Positions 53,338 through 63,678 of a DNA stretch of 64,000 nucleotides are shown in pieces. Positions within the stretch are counted from its first letter, which is position 1. Each line of letters begins with the position of its first letter. Source of the DNA: Sedimentisphaerales bacterium (lineage in GTDB: Bacteria; Planctomycetota; Phycisphaerae; Sedimentisphaerales; Anaerobacaceae); assembly GCA_040772485.1 (NCBI GenBank), contig JAXGYC010000009.1:384001-448000 (forward strand), in the 5' to 3' direction. A model generated the notes under the pieces. That model ran no database searches. It was not told the DNA's origin and saw nothing but the letters and a program-made list of their open reading frames with translations. The position numbers and the translations under genes were made by a program.

Positions 53338-54549
53338 ATGTCGAAGCAAACAGCGGCCTCCTCCAACAAGGAGGCTTTGTACATCGTGTTCCTGGCGATG
53401 ATCGCGGCGGTCCCGGCGATGGCGACGGACATGTACCTCGCGGCGATGCCCACGATTGCGTCGCGATGGCAGGTGCCGGAAAGCCGGGTGGGTCTGTCGC
53501 TGGTCCTATGGTTCGTCGCGTTCAGCCTGTTTCTGTTGGTTTGTGGGCCCCTCTCGGACCGACACGGCAGAAGACCGGTTCTGCTGGCGGGCCTGACCTT
53601 GCTCGTCCTGGCCACGTTCGCCTGTGCCCTCGCGCAGGATGTCTGGCAACTGATCGGCTTCCGGATTCTCCAGGGCATCGGGGCGGCCGGCCCGTCATCC
53701 ATGGCGCTGGCCATCTGTCGGGATCGATATGACGGTCTGCGCCGCAAGCGCGCACTGGCCTATATCGGAATCATCCTGGCCGTCGTCCCAGCGGTTGCAC
53801 CGACTCTCGGGGCCTGGCTGCTGGCCTGGTTCAACTGGCGGTTCATCTTCCTGACCCAGGGCATGCTGGGGATTGTGGCCCTGCTGGTGGCGTTTCGCTT
53901 TCGGGAGACCGCAGCCGAGCGCGTCGCCGCAAACCTCCTGGGCCTGCTGGGCCGGTATCGGCGCGTGATCGAGAACCGGCGGTATTTGCTCACGAATATG
54001 ACGATGGGCCTGATCCTCGGACCGTTCTACGGCTTCATCGCGTTCTCGTCCATTGTCTACATCCAGATCTTCAATCTGTCCGAGACGGCGTTCGGCCTGC
54101 TGTTTGGGATCAACGCCCTGATGAGCATGGCCGGAGCCTTCACCTGCACCCGGGTCATCAGGTACTTCTCAGACTCCGTTCTCCTGTCCGTCTGTCTGGT
54201 CGGGTGTACGCTGGCCGGTGGGGGCATTCTGATGGCGGGCCATTGGCACTACCTAGCCTTCGCAAGCTTTATGTGCGCGATCACGTTCTTCTGCGGCATG
54301 AGCCGTCCGTTGAGCAATCACCTGATCCTGCAACAGGTCGATCGCGACATCGGTTCGGCCTCGTCGTTCATCGTATTCTACCAGTTCATGGTCGGCGCCG
54401 CCTGCATGCGCATCGTCACGACCCAGTGGAGTCACCCGATTTTCATTTTCGGCCTGGTCGCTCTCCTGCTGCCGGCGTCGGTGCTGGCGATCTGGCCGCT
54501 TCTGCTGCGGATGCTGAACGAGCCTGTTCCGACCGCCGTTGGGTCGTGA
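53338..54549 (+). CDS. Bcr/CflA-family MFS drug efflux transporter
   Basis: DMYLAAMP, GPLSDRHGRRPVLLAG, RILQGIG, multiple TM segments. Confidence 0.92.
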   Translation: MSKQTAASSNKEALYIVFLAMIAAVPAMATDMYLAAMPTIASRWQVPESRVGLSLVLWFVAFSLFLLVCGPLSDRHGRRPVLLAGLTLLVLATFACALAQDVWQLIGFRILQGIGAAGPSSMALAICRDRYDGLRRKRALAYIGIILAVVPAVAPTLGAWLLAWFNWRFIFLTQGMLGIVALLVAFRFRETAAERVAANLLGLLGRYRRVIENRRYLLTNMTMGLILGPFYGFIAFSSIVYIQIFNLSETAFGLLFGINALMSMAGAFTCTRVIRYFSDSVLLSVCLVGCTLAGGGILMAGHWHYLAFASFMCAITFFCGMSRPLSNHLILQQVDRDIGSASSFIVFYQFMVGAACMRIVTTQWSHPIFIFGLVALLLPASVLAIWPLLLRMLNEPVPTAVGS

Positions 54550-54587
54550 CGGGGTGGGGCGTTCTGGTCCACGGGGGTGCGTTGGCG

Positions 54588-56345
54588 TCAGTCTTCCAGA
54601 GTCACCGGTTGGCTGCCTGGGGCGCTGAGACCTCGTCGCTGAAGGAGGGAGCCTTCCAGCCGGTAGAGGGCCACCAGGGCCTTGAAGTGGTTGGCGATGG
54701 CGCGAATCTCGGCGATCTGGCTGGCCACGAGGTCACGCTGGACCTGGGCCACGAGCAGGGAGGTCGATTTGCCGACCCGGAACTTCTCCGTTTCGACGCG
54801 GAGCGCTTCTTCCTGGAATTGCCGGGTGGCAGCGGTGGCGGCGATCTGCTCGCGCGTGCTGGTCACGACGACATAGGCGGAACGGACATCGACCTGGGCG
54901 AGCTGGATCAGGTTCTCCATGGCCTTGATCGACTGGGCCCTGGAGACCGTGGCTCGCGTATGGCGGGCCCTGGCGGCGCGGTTGCCGGCGGGCAGTTCGA
55001 ACAGCAGTCCGGCCTCCACGTCGTAACTGATGCCGTCCAACTCGTTGACGGCGTCGGAGAATGTCCTGGCGTATCCGGATTTGCCGTAGGTGACGAAGGC
55101 GTCCAGTCTCGGCAGCAGACCGTTGCGCGTCCGGACGACCTCCAGTTCGCCTCGCCGGATCAGCAAACGCGCCTGATTCAGATCGGGACGCATCCGCAGG
55201 GCCACCTCGACGTGCTGTTCGACGGGATCGAGCGGGGTGTCCGGCAGGGTCGTCCGGTACTCCAGTTGGATCTCCATGTCCCAATCGATTGGGTCCGAGG
55301 GATTCAACAGACGAATCAGGTTCAGACGCTCCCGCGCCAGGTTGCTCCGTGCGGTGATCAGGTTCTCTCGCCGCAGCGCCACCTCCGCTTGAGCGGCGGC
55401 CAACTCCGTCTCGGCCAGCGTGCCGATGTGGATCCGTTCCTGCGCCTCAGCCATCTGCTGCTCGGCCAGGCGCAGCGAGTCCGTGTAGATCCCGATCTGA
55501 CGCTGGGCCAGGGCGTAGTCATAGAAGCTGCTTTCCACCTGCTGGACCAACGCCTCCATGAATCCGCGCAGCTCATACTCGGAGATCTGGGTGTCGATTC
55601 GGGCCTGATGGACGGCCGCGAGGTTCACGCGAACGTCTCTTCCTCGCAAAAGGGCCTGCGTGACCGAGATGCCGAGGCGGTTGGAGACGAATGTGTCGCT
55701 GTAGAGCGACGAATCGGTGTAGTTGGTGGACGCGTCCAGGCCGACGGTGGTGCCGGTGGGAAACAGCTTGTCCACGGCGATCAGGCCGGTGGCAGTGTCG
55801 GCAATCTGGCTCTCGATGCCGGAGCCCGCGCGCGAGAGCCGATCGGCGACGGTCCGTCTCTGGGACCCTTGGCCGCTCAGGACCGGGTCAAAGATCGCGC
55901 GTTGCTCGTCCTCGAACGTCCGGCTGATTTCCGGCGTCATTCGCTGAACGATTAACGATTTGTTGTTCTCCATGGCCAGCAGGATCGCTCGCGGCACATC
56001 GATCCTCAGCGGCTCGTTTGTAGTGACTCCGTCAGGCGTTACCTCGTTTGTAGTGGCGTCGTCAGACGCTATTCCGTCTTTGTATGCCCTTACGGGCACA
56101 CTACGAACGTCGGCCAACGAGGGAGCGGCAAGCAGGGCGGCGAAGAGTAGGGCGCCAAGTCCGAATATCGAAATCCGAAATCCGAAACAAATCCGAAATC
56201 CCAAACCCGAATGACCGAAACGCTGTCGCCCGGCGGCCGAGCCGTTTCGAGATTTGGATTTCGAGCCTTCGTGCTTGTTTCGGATTTCGGATTTCGGATT
56301 TCGAGCTTCTCTACCCATGTGCTTCTCAACCATAATCGCCATCAC
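54588..56345 (-). CDS. TolC-family outer membrane protein (start may be ATG 56318)
   Basis: AILLAMENN, VTQALLRG, OEP helical repeats; last gene of the RND operon. Confidence 0.9.
   Translation of the reverse strand: MMAIMVEKHMGREARNPKSEIRNKHEGSKSKSRNGSAAGRQRFGHSGLGFRICFGFRISIFGLGALLFAALLAAPSLADVRSVPVRAYKDGIASDDATTNEVTPDGVTTNEPLRIDVPRAILLAMENNKSLIVQRMTPEISRTFEDEQRAIFDPVLSGQGSQRRTVADRLSRAGSGIESQIADTATGLIAVDKLFPTGTTVGLDASTNYTDSSLYSDTFVSNRLGISVTQALLRGRDVRVNLAAVHQARIDTQISEYELRGFMEALVQQVESSFYDYALAQRQIGIYTDSLRLAEQQMAEAQERIHIGTLAETELAAAQAEVALRRENLITARSNLARERLNLIRLLNPSDPIDWDMEIQLEYRTTLPDTPLDPVEQHVEVALRMRPDLNQARLLIRRGELEVVRTRNGLLPRLDAFVTYGKSGYARTFSDAVNELDGISYDVEAGLLFELPAGNRAARARHTRATVSRAQSIKAMENLIQLAQVDVRSAYVVVTSTREQIAATAATRQFQEEALRVETEKFRVGKSTSLLVAQVQRDLVASQIAEIRAIANHFKALVALYRLEGSLLQRRGLSAPGSQPVTLED
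56016..56108. repeat. Three 27-nt GTTYGTAG-led hairpins (two direct, one inverted) inside CDS
   Basis: 56016-56042, 56046-56072, complement of 56082-56108. Confidence 0.8.
56162..56303. repeat. AAATCCG heptamer palindrome inside the 5' coding region
   Basis: Perfect 22-bp arms 56169-56190 and 56275-56296. Confidence 0.92.
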
Positions 56346-56378
56346 AGGTTATACATTTGAAACAGGTTTCTCACTGGC

Positions 56379-59300
56379 TTAGGCGCAAGCCTCCGCCCGC
56401 CAGGCGTGGCGTTCGAAGAGCGAATAAACGACCGGCACGAAGACCAGCGTGATCAGCGTCGAGCTGAGCAGTCCTCCGATGACGGCCCGGGCCATCGGAG
56501 CCTGCGCTTCGCCGCCTTCACCCAGGCCCAGCGCCAGCGGCACCAGGCCGATGATCGTGGTGGCCGCGGTCATGAGGATCGGTCGCAGACGGCGGCGGCC
56601 GGCCTCCTCGATCGCCTCGCGGATGGGCAAACCGTCGCGACGACGCAGCAGGTTCGTGTGGTCGACCAGCAGAATCGCGTTATTGACCACGATGCCGCCG
56701 AGCATGATGCATCCGATGAACGACTGGATGTTGAACGTCGTGCCGGTGAAGAACAGCATCAGGATGACGCCGATGCCGGCCAGCGGCACGGAGAACATCA
56801 CGACGAACGGGTCTCGCAGCGACTCGTACTGACAGGCCATCACCATGTAGACGAGCACCAGGGCCAGGATGCAACTGAACAGCAGTTCACGGAAAGACTC
56901 CTGCTGTTCTTCGTAGTCGCCCCCATAGCCGATGGTGAAGCCCGAGGGCACGGGAACCGAACGGAGCCGGCTCTGAACGTCCGCAATCACCGAGCCCATG
57001 TCTCTCCCGCTCACCTCGCCGGTGACCGTGATGATCCGTTCCTGGTCTTTGCGCTCGATGAGCACGGGCCCGCTTCGCGGCACGCTATCCACGACGTTGC
57101 GCAGAACGACAGGCTGTCCATCGGTGTTCGTGAGGGTCAGATCGAGGATATCTCGCAAGTCACTCTTCTCGGCGTCACGGAGCTTGACCAGGATCGTGAA
57201 CTCGTCGCCCGCCTGGCGATAGTAGCCTGCCCGGGTGCCGGAGAGGATCGTCTGAAGGGCGTTGGCGATCCGGGAGACGGTCAGGTGCATGTCGGCCGCT
57301 TTCTGGCGGTCGATGATGATCTGCTGCTCCGGGCCGCCGGGGTCGCGGCTGATCCGGGTGTCGGCGATGCCCGGGACCTCCACCATGATATCCTGAACCT
57401 GCTGGGCCATCAGATCGGCGGTCTTGAAGTCGTGCCCGCGGATTTCGACGACGACTTTGTTGGCTTCGGTGGTGCCCATGCGCATGATGAAAAGCCCCTG
57501 GCCCGCTCGGGTCCGGACCATGGTTCCGGGAATCCCGCTGAGCTTCTTGCGCAGGTCGTCGGCGATCTGCTGGCTGGACCGGGTCCGCTGGCTCTGGGGG
57601 ACCAGCGCGATGCGAATGTCTCCGGTGTGGCCGCCGCCGCCGTACCACCGGGCGCCGCCGACGTTGGCGACGACATTGCGAATCTCCGGCACGTTCTCAT
57701 TGACGATCTTCTCGATAGTCCGGAACTTGCTGTCCAGCAGGTCCAGACGGGTGCCCACCTCCATCTCCACCTCCACACGGACCTCGCCTTCGTCCGTGCT
57801 GGGCATCAGCTCGGCGCCCAGGTAGCGTGCCAGAAGCCCGGTCGCGCCGAGCAGCACGGTGGCGCTGATCACGACCAGCGCCCGGTGCCTCAGGGCGGTG
57901 TGCAGGAGATTCCGGTAGCTGTTCTCCATGCCGGTGAGGAGCCGCCCGCTGGCCTCGTACAGCCGACGGTTCAGTGTCCGTCGGCTCGTGGCGTCCCAAG
58001 GCCCGGTGTGCAGGATTCGCGCGCAAAGCATCGGCACCACGGTCAGTGCCACGGCCAGAGAGCACAGCAGGGAGAACGCCACGACGATGGAGAGCTGTTT
58101 GAACATTACGCCGGACATGCCCCGCATGAACACCAGGGGCAAGAACACCACGACGGTCGTCAGTGTACTGGCGATGACCGCCGCCGTGACCTCATTGGCG
58201 CCGTCCACGGAGGCCTGCTCGATCGACTCGCCGGTCTCGTGAATCCGGTAGATGTTCTCGAGCACGACGATGGCGTTGTCCACCAGCATGCCGATGCCCA
58301 ACGCCAAGCCGCCCAGCGTCATGATGTTTAGCGTCAGGTCATTGAAGTACAGCAGGGCGAAGGTCGCGATGATGGAAACGGGAATCGCGGTGGCGATGAT
58401 GACGGTGCTTCGAATGTTGCGCAGGAACAACAGCAGGATGACGACCGCCAGCAGGCCGCCGTACATGGCCGAGCTTCCCACATTACGGATCGAATTCTTG
58501 ATGTACTGAGACGTATCGATGATCGGGACGATTCGGATCTGAGGGATGTCCCGGTTGATGCGCTCCAGCTCGGTCAGAGCGCCGCGGGCCACATCGACGG
58601 TGTTCTTGCCCGATTGCTTGCTCACCGCCATGCGGATCCCCGGTTCGCCGTCTACGCGCACGATGCGGGTAATCCTCTGCCAGGAGTCCTCGACCAGGGC
58701 GATCTCCTTGAGTTGGACGGGCGCGCCCTGGCGCATCGCAATGACCGTGTCCTGCAATTGCCGCAGGTCCGTGTACTCACCGGGGGTGCGGATGGTGATT
58801 TCGTAATTGCCCTTTTCGATGCTTCCGGCCGGAATGTTCACGTTGCCCTCGCGGACCTGTGAGACGATCTGGTCCAGCGGAATGGCCAGCGCGTTGATCT
58901 TGGCCGGATCGAGGCTGACGTGAATCTCGCGTTCGAGCCCGCCGAAAATGTCCACGGCCGCCACGCCGGGGACACGTTCCAGACGGTACTTCACCTGATC
59001 TTCCAGGATCATGCGGGTTTGCACCGGGTCGAGCCGGCTGGAGGCGCCGAGGATCAGGATGGGAAACGCGGCCAAGTCGAACTTTCGCAGCGTCGGCCGG
59101 TCGGCTTCTTCGGGCAGCCGTCCTGTCACGCGATCGAGGCGATCGCGAATGTCGTTCGCGGCGGTGTCAAGGTCGGTTCCCCACGTGAACGTCACGCGCA
59201 CGTTGCCCCGGCCCTCGACGGATGTGGACGTGAGCTCTTCCACGCCCGGCACGGCGCTCATCGCCTGCTCGATGGGGCGGGTGATCAGCTCCTCGATTTC

Positions 59301-59471
59301 CTCGGGTCCGGCGTTCTCGTAGTCGCACGAGATGCTGATTGTCGGGTAGGAAATGTCCGGCATCAGGTCGATGGGAAGGCGCACCAGCGAAACCCCGCCC
59401 AGGATCACCACGATCAGAACGACCATGATCGTGAAGATAGGCCGATGGACAGAGAAGTGCGAAATTTTCAT
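56379..59471 (-). CDS. RND efflux permease subunit (AcrB/MdtB family)
   Basis: [34 protein letters not shown]. Confidence 0.97.
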   Translation of the reverse strand: MKISHFSVHRPIFTIMVVLIVVILGGVSLVRLPIDLMPDISYPTISISCDYENAGPEEIEELITRPIEQAMSAVPGVEELTSTSVEGRGNVRVTFTWGTDLDTAANDIRDRLDRVTGRLPEEADRPTLRKFDLAAFPILILGASSRLDPVQTRMILEDQVKYRLERVPGVAAVDIFGGLEREIHVSLDPAKINALAIPLDQIVSQVREGNVNIPAGSIEKGNYEITIRTPGEYTDLRQLQDTVIAMRQGAPVQLKEIALVEDSWQRITRIVRVDGEPGIRMAVSKQSGKNTVDVARGALTELERINRDIPQIRIVPIIDTSQYIKNSIRNVGSSAMYGGLLAVVILLLFLRNIRSTVIIATAIPVSIIATFALLYFNDLTLNIMTLGGLALGIGMLVDNAIVVLENIYRIHETGESIEQASVDGANEVTAAVIASTLTTVVVFLPLVFMRGMSGVMFKQLSIVVAFSLLCSLAVALTVVPMLCARILHTGPWDATSRRTLNRRLYEASGRLLTGMENSYRNLLHTALRHRALVVISATVLLGATGLLARYLGAELMPSTDEGEVRVEVEMEVGTRLDLLDSKFRTIEKIVNENVPEIRNVVANVGGARWYGGGGHTGDIRIALVPQSQRTRSSQQIADDLRKKLSGIPGTMVRTRAGQGLFIMRMGTTEANKVVVEIRGHDFKTADLMAQQVQDIMVEVPGIADTRISRDPGGPEQQIIIDRQKAADMHLTVSRIANALQTILSGTRAGYYRQAGDEFTILVKLRDAEKSDLRDILDLTLTNTDGQPVVLRNVVDSVPRSGPVLIERKDQERIITVTGEVSGRDMGSVIADVQSRLRSVPVPSGFTIGYGGDYEEQQESFRELLFSCILALVLVYMVMACQYESLRDPFVVMFSVPLAGIGVILMLFFTGTTFNIQSFIGCIMLGGIVVNNAILLVDHTNLLRRRDGLPIREAIEEAGRRRLRPILMTAATTIIGLVPLALGLGEGGEAQAPMARAVIGGLLSSTLITLVFVPVVYSLFERHAWRAEACA

Positions 59472-60754
59472 CGCGTGCCTCCCTGCCGGACGGAGCCCTG
59501 GCCATCGGCGGAGCCCGGAGGGGCAGACTCCTGCTCGGCGCCGGCGGTCTTGTGCTGTGGCAGCGTGACGCGCGACCCGTCTTCGAGAAGGTGATTGCCG
59601 AGCGTGACGACCGAGCCGGAAATCTCCGGTTCGACGATCTCTACAACTTCTCCGTTGACGATCCCCGTCGTGACCGGCACGAAGCGCACCTGCGAGGCCG
59701 GACCTTGAGATGACCCTTTGAGCCCCTGGGGAATCGTTGCGTCCGGTGCAGCCGCTTCCACGAGGAAGACGCCCTCTTGCCCCGACCTTCTGACGATGGC
59801 GCTGAACGGCGCGAGCGTGACGTTCTCATGCGTGGCGAACTCGACCTGCGCCCGGATGAACATGCCCGGCTTGAGCAGACGGTCGGGATTGGGGACCTCA
59901 ATCTCCACACGGGCCTGGCGGCTGGTTTCTCGGATCAGCGGAGCGATTCGCTGGATCCGGCCGGCAAACGTCCGGCCGGGATAGGCGTCCGTCGTGATCA
60001 TCGCCTGTTGTCCGATCTGGATCTTCGGATAGTCCCGCTCGATTACGAAGACGACCGCCACCAGCGGGTTGTTCTCGAGAACCGACACGATCGCCTGGTT
60101 CACCTGCACCAGGGCGCCCTCATCGACGAACCGTTCTCCGACCACGCGATTCGGATCGCCCGCCTCCCAGAAGGCGCGAACCTGCGTGTAGGACAACTGT
60201 AGTTTCGCCGCCTCCAGGGCGGCTTCCCTTTGCGCCACCTGGGCCAGCGTGACCTTCAGTTGCGTCTGGCTGGCGTTGTACTGGGCGGCGGCGGCGTCCA
60301 TCTCCGCGACCGACGCGATCTGCTTTTCCCGCAGGGCCGTGACCCGCTCGTATTCGCGCTTGGCCAGATCGAGCGCGCTGGCCCCATTCTCCGCATTGGC
60401 CTTGGCCACCTGGAGTTCCGCCCGCGCCTGCTCGACCTGCCGTGTGAACTGCTCGTCGTCGAGGACGGCGATCACCTCGTTGCGCCCGACGCGGTCGCCG
60501 ATGTCCACAAGAAGCTTGCGCAGCCAGCCGGTGGCCTTCGAAGCGACCACGAACTGCGACTTCGGCACCAACGAGCCGGTGAAGACGCCGATGTCCCGGA
60601 TCATGTCCTTGCGCAGCGGCTGCGTTTCCACCGCGACGGCGACGGAACGATTCTGTTGTCCTTTCTGCCCCGATGCCGCGATGCGTCTATGCGTTTCCCA
60701 TCCGGCGGCAACGATTCCGATGACAACAACGGCAATGAATACAAGTTTCTTCAT
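59468..60754 (-). CDS. RND efflux periplasmic adaptor (MFP)
   Basis: LLVDIGDRV lipoyl-like motif, helical hairpin, LKPGMF. Confidence 0.94.
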   Translation of the reverse strand: MKKLVFIAVVVIGIVAAGWETHRRIAASGQKGQQNRSVAVAVETQPLRKDMIRDIGVFTGSLVPKSQFVVASKATGWLRKLLVDIGDRVGRNEVIAVLDDEQFTRQVEQARAELQVAKANAENGASALDLAKREYERVTALREKQIASVAEMDAAAAQYNASQTQLKVTLAQVAQREAALEAAKLQLSYTQVRAFWEAGDPNRVVGERFVDEGALVQVNQAIVSVLENNPLVAVVFVIERDYPKIQIGQQAMITTDAYPGRTFAGRIQRIAPLIRETSRQARVEIEVPNPDRLLKPGMFIRAQVEFATHENVTLAPFSAIVRRSGQEGVFLVEAAAPDATIPQGLKGSSQGPASQVRFVPVTTGIVNGEVVEIVEPEISGSVVTLGNHLLEDGSRVTLPQHKTAGAEQESAPPGSADGQGSVRQGGTR

Positions 60755-60764
60755 TCACATGTTC

Positions 60765-61493
60765 CTATGCTCTGTCTGAAAACACCCGGGTCAATCCTCG
60801 TTTTCGGTTTGGGGCCGGGGCCGCGTCGAACGGTTCGTTGCCGCCAGCCTCGATATCTTCACGCGTCGTCTTGATTCCTGCCAGCGAGAAACGGGCAATG
60901 TGATCGGTCAGCGTCTTGACCAGTTGATCGGTCGGCGCATCGAACCTCACATGAGGCGGAACCTTGCCGCTGAACAGGCGAATCCCGATGGCGATGCACT
61001 GGTGGACTACGCTCATGCCGCACAGATGGATCTGCTCTTCGCTGGCCCCCGGTCCGAGCATCTCTTTCATGAGCCGGCCCATGCGTTCCTGCATAGGACG
61101 AAGCGCATCGTTTTTGACGTGCTCGATCACTTCCGTCGGGTTCATCATCTCGCGCAGCAGCAGCCTGCCGGCGTGTCCGATCCGCCCGCGATCGGCGAGT
61201 TTGCCGACGAGCGAATGGATGGTCCCGCGAAGGCGATCCTCTGCCGGCGCATCGGGCCCGAGCCCGCCTTCGGGTGGATACGCCTCGTTGGCCTCATCGA
61301 AGGCACGACGCCAGACTTCGGCATACAGTTCTTCTTTGGAGCCGAAATGGTAGCTGACGGCGGCGATGTTGCTTGCGGCCCGCGAGCAGATGTCCTCGAC
61401 GGTGGCTTCGTGATAGCCCTTCTCCGCAAAGACCTCCCGTGCCACGGCGAGAATCCGGTCACGCGTTTCCACTCCGTCTTTTCGTCTGGCCAC
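60765..61493 (-). CDS. TetR/AcrR-family regulator (CerR-like C-terminus)
   Basis: TRDRILAVAREVFAEKGY..YHFGSKEELY; probable GTG start at 61493. Confidence 0.9.
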   Translation of the reverse strand: MARRKDGVETRDRILAVAREVFAEKGYHEATVEDICSRAASNIAAVSYHFGSKEELYAEVWRRAFDEANEAYPPEGGLGPDAPAEDRLRGTIHSLVGKLADRGRIGHAGRLLLREMMNPTEVIEHVKNDALRPMQERMGRLMKEMLGPGASEEQIHLCGMSVVHQCIAIGIRLFSGKVPPHVRFDAPTDQLVKTLTDHIARFSLAGIKTTREDIEAGGNEPFDAAPAPNRKRGLTRVFSDRA

Positions 61494-61550
61494 GTCAAGC
61501 CTCGGGTCTGTTCCCGATGGACATCGGGATCGCCGGTGCGAATCATTGTA

Positions 61551-61576
61551 CGCCTGTTTCAAAAGTACATTTGAAA
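61551..61576. promoter_or_regulatory. Candidate TetR operator
   Basis: TTTCAAAAGTACATTTGAAA near-palindrome; related sequence at 56352-56366. Confidence 0.55.
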
Positions 61577-61740
61577 TGCGCAGGGGCCTGTGCGTCAAAT
61601 GGATTTCTGGACGGTGGGCATGGTTTCTGGCCGCAGCGGCATGAGTCCTATAAACAACGCCCTTGCAGGCATGATAGGATGCCAATGCGCCGGTGGCGAC
61701 GCATACCTCGGTTCGCAACGGTCCGGTGTGCGGCTGCCTG

Positions 61741-62877
61741 TTACTCGACCGTGAACCGGAAGATCGTCGTGGATCTGTACTCCTGGCCAGGTCGGAGCAC
61801 TGTTGACGGAAAGTGCGGCTTGTTGGGCGAGTCGGGAAAATGCTGCGTTTCCAGGCAGAAGCTGTGGTGCGAGCCATAGACTCTGCCCTGCTTGCCTTTG
61901 ACGTTGTTCATCCCGTTGGCGGTGTAGAGCTGCACTCCCGGCTCGGTGGTGTAGACCTCCATGACCCGACCGCTGAGGGGCTCGCGAACACGGGCCGCCA
62001 GGACCGATGAGCCGTACGAGCTCTTAAGCACATAGGTGTGGTCGTATCCCCGCGTCTCGGTCAGCTCGTCGATTCGCTCCCCGATCCGGCGGGGTTCGGT
62101 GAAGTCCAGAGGAGTGCCCTGGACGCTGCGAATTTCCCCCGTCGGGATCAGGCCTTCACCGGCCGGAGTGTACCACGGCGCTGCGATCATCAGTTCATGG
62201 CCCAGGATGTCTCCGCTGCCGGCACCGGCCAAGTTGAAGTAGCTGTGGTTCGTGAGGTTCACGACCGTGGGTTTGTCGGTGGTGGCGCTGTACGCGATCT
62301 TCAGTTCGTTCTTGTCGGTCAGCGCATACGTGACAGTACATTGCAGGTTGCCTGGGAAGCCCTCCTCACCGTCAGGGCTGAAGTGGGTCAGGCGGACGCC
62401 GATCTCCGTACCATCGCGGTAGCTGGAGCCTTTCCAGACGACTCGGTCGAATCGCTTGTCGCCTCCGCCGTGGATGTGGTTCTTGCCCGCGTTGGCGGTG
62501 ATCCGGTGCTCGACGCCGTCCAGCGTGAATCGCGCGCCGGCGATCCGGTTGGCATAGCGCCCGACGACGGCGCCGAAAAGCGGGTTCCTCTTGATGTAGG
62601 AATCGAGGTCATCAAAGCCGAGCACGACGTCGGCGAACTGCCCGTGGCGGTCGGGCACGTCGAGCGAAACGAGAATGGCCCCGTAGGTGATGACCTTCGC
62701 CCGCAGCCCATGCGCGTTGGTGAGGGTATAGAGCATCACATCCCGTCCATCCGGCGTGGCGCCGAACCGGGTCTCGGAGAGGCTTGTGATCGCCGGCTGG
62801 TCGGCCCGTGCCGACAAGCTGAATGCGAGGATGACTGCGATCAGGAGCAACGGGGCAAATGAGCGTCTGACGGTCAT
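61741..62877 (-). CDS. galM: Aldose 1-epimerase (galactose mutarotase) with signal peptide
   Basis: GRYANRI, HGG, NLTNHSYFNL, CLETQHFPDSPN. Confidence 0.95.
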   Translation of the reverse strand: MTVRRSFAPLLLIAVILAFSLSARADQPAITSLSETRFGATPDGRDVMLYTLTNAHGLRAKVITYGAILVSLDVPDRHGQFADVVLGFDDLDSYIKRNPLFGAVVGRYANRIAGARFTLDGVEHRITANAGKNHIHGGGDKRFDRVVWKGSSYRDGTEIGVRLTHFSPDGEEGFPGNLQCTVTYALTDKNELKIAYSATTDKPTVVNLTNHSYFNLAGAGSGDILGHELMIAAPWYTPAGEGLIPTGEIRSVQGTPLDFTEPRRIGERIDELTETRGYDHTYVLKSSYGSSVLAARVREPLSGRVMEVYTTEPGVQLYTANGMNNVKGKQGRVYGSHHSFCLETQHFPDSPNKPHFPSTVLRPGQEYRSTTIFRFTVE

Positions 62878-63057
62878 GATCTGTCTCTCCTACACCTGGA
62901 GCCTGCTGACACGCTGTGCATTGGCCGCGGAACGACGATGGGATTGTAGGCACAGCAAGCTGGCCCGGTCAAGACAACGGTCCAGTGCGAACCGATCTGG
63001 CGGGGCAAGGACCGCGTCGTTCGCATCAAATCTTCTGCCGCTCGGACGAATTCCTCC

Positions 63058-63086
63058 TTGACAATGGTTCGTGTGCGAACTATCTT
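63058..63086 (+). promoter_or_regulatory. Sigma70 promoter overlapped by a candidate MarR operator
   Basis: TTGACA-17-TATCTT with ATGGTTCGTGTGCGAACTAT across the spacer. Confidence 0.8.
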
Positions 63087-63123
63087 TTCCTCATATCGAG
63101 TTCAGGCAACGAACAGGACGGCT

Positions 63124-63558
63124 ATGGTTGATGTCAATGGTATCGCAGGGCAGATAGGCAGGATCAGAGAGAAGGCCAATGCCTTGGTTGAAGACGAGCT
63201 GAAGAGGCGGAACATCAAGGGGATTGTCGCCGCACACGGACATGTGCTGGCCTTTCTCTTGCGGCAGAAGCGACCGGTCGCCATCAGAGAGGTGGTGGAA
63301 CACGTCCGGCGGGTCAAGTCCACCGTGACCGTGACGATCCGTACCCTCGAACGACATGGGTATGTGCGCAAGTCCCCCAGCGAAACGGATGCTCGCGTCA
63401 CGTACGTGGAACTGACCGCCAAGGGACGCGGCCTTCAGAAGGACTTTGAGGAGATCTCCGAGATGTTGCGGAGCAGGCTCTATGGCGACATGAGCGAAAA
63501 GGACCGCGAGCGCCTGGTGCGGCAACTGGACAGGATCGAGGCCAACTTGAGTCAATGA
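63124..63558 (+). CDS. MarR-family transcriptional regulator
   Basis: KSTVT..LERHGYV...DARVTYVELTAKG. Confidence 0.93.
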   Translation: MVDVNGIAGQIGRIREKANALVEDELKRRNIKGIVAAHGHVLAFLLRQKRPVAIREVVEHVRRVKSTVTVTIRTLERHGYVRKSPSETDARVTYVELTAKGRGLQKDFEEISEMLRSRLYGDMSEKDRERLVRQLDRIEANLSQ

Positions 63559-63576
63559 TCCTTCTCTCGTGCGCAA

Positions 63577-63596
63577 ATAGTTCGTATGCGAATGAC
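63577..63596. promoter_or_regulatory. Second copy of the candidate MarR operator
   Basis: ATAGTTCGTATGCGAATGAC. Confidence 0.65.
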
Positions 63597-63678
63597 CTGG
63601 CTGTCGAAGAAAATGAAGCCATGCCGGGCCCATCGAAGCAATAGACGGCTGTAACCGCAAGTCAAACAGGAGGCAAAC

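Noticed and set aside
59690..59760. Apparent loop insertion in the RND adaptor (AAAPDATIPQGLKGSSQGPAS) as another palindromic element
   Set aside because: No convincing inverted repeat or second copy
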